Shown here in pieces: positions 62,599 to 64,000 of a DNA stretch of 64,000 nucleotides. The position numbers and the translations under genes were made by a program. This DNA comes from Patescibacteria group bacterium (GTDB lineage: Bacteria; Patescibacteriota; Microgenomatia; UBA12405): contig JAMCSD010000002.1 in NCBI GenBank assembly GCA_023380755.1, positions 22,022 to 86,021 of the forward strand, written 5' to 3'. The notes beneath the pieces are model-generated. The model saw nothing but the letters and a program-made list of their open reading frames with translations, did not search any database and was not told the DNA's origin. Each line of letters starts with the position of its first letter. Position 1 is the first letter of the stretch.

Positions 62599-62630
62599 AT
62601 TAAAATAAAATTATTATTTATCCAAAGGAA

Positions 62631-64000
62631 ATGAAAAAAGGAAATAATCGAATATATTTACTATATCCTCCAATATCAAAACAGGAGAGATATTCATCAG
62701 ATTTGGGTAGTGCTGGAGGTGAACAAATACCTTTAGGAATTTACTGCTTAGCAGCTTATCTACGGGAACAGGGATATGAGATTAAGGTGACAGACGGGGA
62801 AACCGAAAAATTAACGGGAAATCAGATTATTAAAGAAATAAAAAGGTTTGATCCTTTTGTGGTCGGAATAAGTTCGACTACGGTGGCATTCCATCGGGCT
62901 TTGGAAATGGCTAAATTAGTGAAGAAAAAGTTCCCGAAAGCAAAGATTATTTTGGGTGGACCACACGTTACTTCAAATTACAAAGATGCCTTATCTTTTA
63001 AGGAGTTTGATTACGAGGTTTTACGGGAAGGGGAAATTACGACCGTCGAACTTCTAAAGGCAATTCAAGAGGGAAAGCCGGTTGAGAATATAAAAGGTAT
63101 TGCCTATAGGAAAAACGGCCAAGTTGTGGCCACTCCACCTAGGGAATATATCAAAAACCTGGATGAATTACCTTTTCCGGCCTACGATTTAATCAAAGAC
63201 ATTAGTTTATATACCCCTGATTTGTCGAATTACATGTCAACACCGGTGATTAATATTATGACTAGTCGTGGTTGCCCGAATCAGTGCACTTTTTGTGACC
63301 GGGCAGTATTTGGACAGTTATACCGAGAAATGTCTGCCGAACGGGTAGTAGAACTAATAAAGTATCTGGTAAAAACATATAAAGTCAGAGAAATTGATTT
63401 TACGGATGATACCTTTATGATAAATAAAGTACGATTTAGAAAAATATTCCAACTTCTTAAGGAAGAAGGTATTAGTTTTTATTGGACCTGTACTAGCCGG
63501 GTTAACACAGTTGATTTTGAGACTCTAAAGTTAGCAAAAGAGACAGGCTGCTGGCATATCGCATTTGGGGTTGAATCCGGAGACGAAGATATTCTTAAAT
63601 TGATAAAAAAGAATATAACTATGGAGCAGATAAGAAAGGCGATGAATTGGTGTAAACAGTTGGGGATTAAAAGCAAAGGATATTTTATTGTTGGTCACCC
63701 CGGTGATACGGTCGAGACAATCAATAAGACCATAGATTTGGCTTGCAGTCTGCCGTTAGATGATATCTTGGTTACGATAAATACGCCGATTCCCGGATCT
63801 CCACAATACTTTTTTATTAAGGAATATGGAGATTTTGATGAATCGGACTGGTCTAAATTTAATTGCTGGAGACCGGTTTTTATTCCCAAGGGACTATCTA
63901 AAGAATTATTGCTAAAGAAACAACGAGAGATGTACCGGAAATTTTATGTTAGGCCGAGAATTGTTTGGCGTTATTCAAAAGGTATATTTGGACGAGGAGG
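62631..64000 (+). CDS. Second B12-binding-domain radical SAM enzyme (3' partial, absent from the ORF track)
   Basis: I translated 456 codons from ATG 62631 (AAGGAA upstream) to the window edge without a stop. Motifs are FVVGISSTT...IILGGPHVT and SRGCPNQCTFC. Paralogous to 60035-61510. Confidence 0.8.
   Translation, partial: MKKGNNRIYLLYPPISKQERYSSDLGSAGGEQIPLGIYCLAAYLREQGYEIKVTDGETEKLTGNQIIKEIKRFDPFVVGISSTTVAFHRALEMAKLVKKKFPKAKIILGGPHVTSNYKDALSFKEFDYEVLREGEITTVELLKAIQEGKPVENIKGIAYRKNGQVVATPPREYIKNLDELPFPAYDLIKDISLYTPDLSNYMSTPVINIMTSRGCPNQCTFCDRAVFGQLYREMSAERVVELIKYLVKTYKVREIDFTDDTFMINKVRFRKIFQLLKEEGISFYWTCTSRVNTVDFETLKLAKETGCWHIAFGVESGDEDILKLIKKNITMEQIRKAMNWCKQLGIKSKGYFIVGHPGDTVETINKTIDLACSLPLDDILVTINTPIPGSPQYFFIKEYGDFDESDWSKFNCWRPVFIPKGLSKELLLKKQREMYRKFYVRPRIVWRYSKGIFGRG

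Noticed and set aside
1-64000. Alternative genetic code (UGA recoding, as in some CPR lineages), and mobile or defence elements
   Set aside because: TGA terminates well-supported genes (e.g. the LysM gene at 1066-1068), and long ORFs are intact under code 11. I recognised no integrase, transposase, CRISPR repeats, restriction-modification or toxin-antitoxin signatures.

Overview
This window carries about 70 tightly packed genes, mostly on the minus strand. The source is probably a small-genome CPR/Patescibacteria-like bacterium. That is inferred from a minimal RecO, a DUF4012 protein, truncated Mur enzymes and many glycosyltransferases. The genetic code is standard, because TGA is used as a stop (e.g. 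1066-1068). I saw no transposase, integrase, CRISPR array, restriction-modification or toxin-antitoxin genes.

Layout:
- 1-8.7 kb: ArsR regulator, LysM protein, tRNA-Gly/Thr/Val, envelope glycosylation genes, a secreted LamG-lipase protein and lepB.
- 8.7-32.7 kb: parB, rpmA-rplU, a SEDS protein, ileS, then a complete but atypical division/cell-wall (dcw) cluster (ftsZ, ftsA, ftsQ-like, murG, ftsW, mraY, murA, Mur ligases, ftsI, ftsL-like, rsmH), followed by glyQS and recO.
- 32.7-48.7 kb: a co-directional surface-glycan operon (DUF4012, priming sugar transferase, manC, six GT4, three GT2, one GT-C, a Wzy/ligase-like protein, an acetyltransferase).
- 49-64 kb: nucleotide-sugar genes (galE, rmlD, gmd, rmlB, rmlA) and a lower-GC cassette with a sulfotransferase-like protein, thiolase, 3-hydroxyacyl-CoA dehydrogenase, polysaccharide deacetylase, GNAT protein, two B12-radical-SAM enzymes and a GT2/DUF2304 pair.

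Most interesting observations:
1. Non-canonical genes sit inside the dcw cluster: an ATE/Bpt-type aminoacyl-tRNA transferase homolog between murE and an Mpl-like ligase, plus an ATP-grasp, a PLP enzyme, an untracked LysW-like zinc-ribbon micro-ORF and a signal-less NlpC/P60.
2. A glycine T-box-like leader upstream of glyQS has a UGGAACC bulge and a Shine-Dalgarno-sequestering helix.
3. The leader upstream of ileS looks like an attenuator and contains an Ile-rich mini-ORF.
4. A candidate 3-hydroxyacyl/radical-SAM glycan-tailoring cassette lies at the right end.
5. Single-residue oddities: MurA Cys-to-Asp, FtsZ GGGTCTG, and C55 in two tRNA T-loops.

All family assignments come from motif recognition by eye. 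No database search was run.
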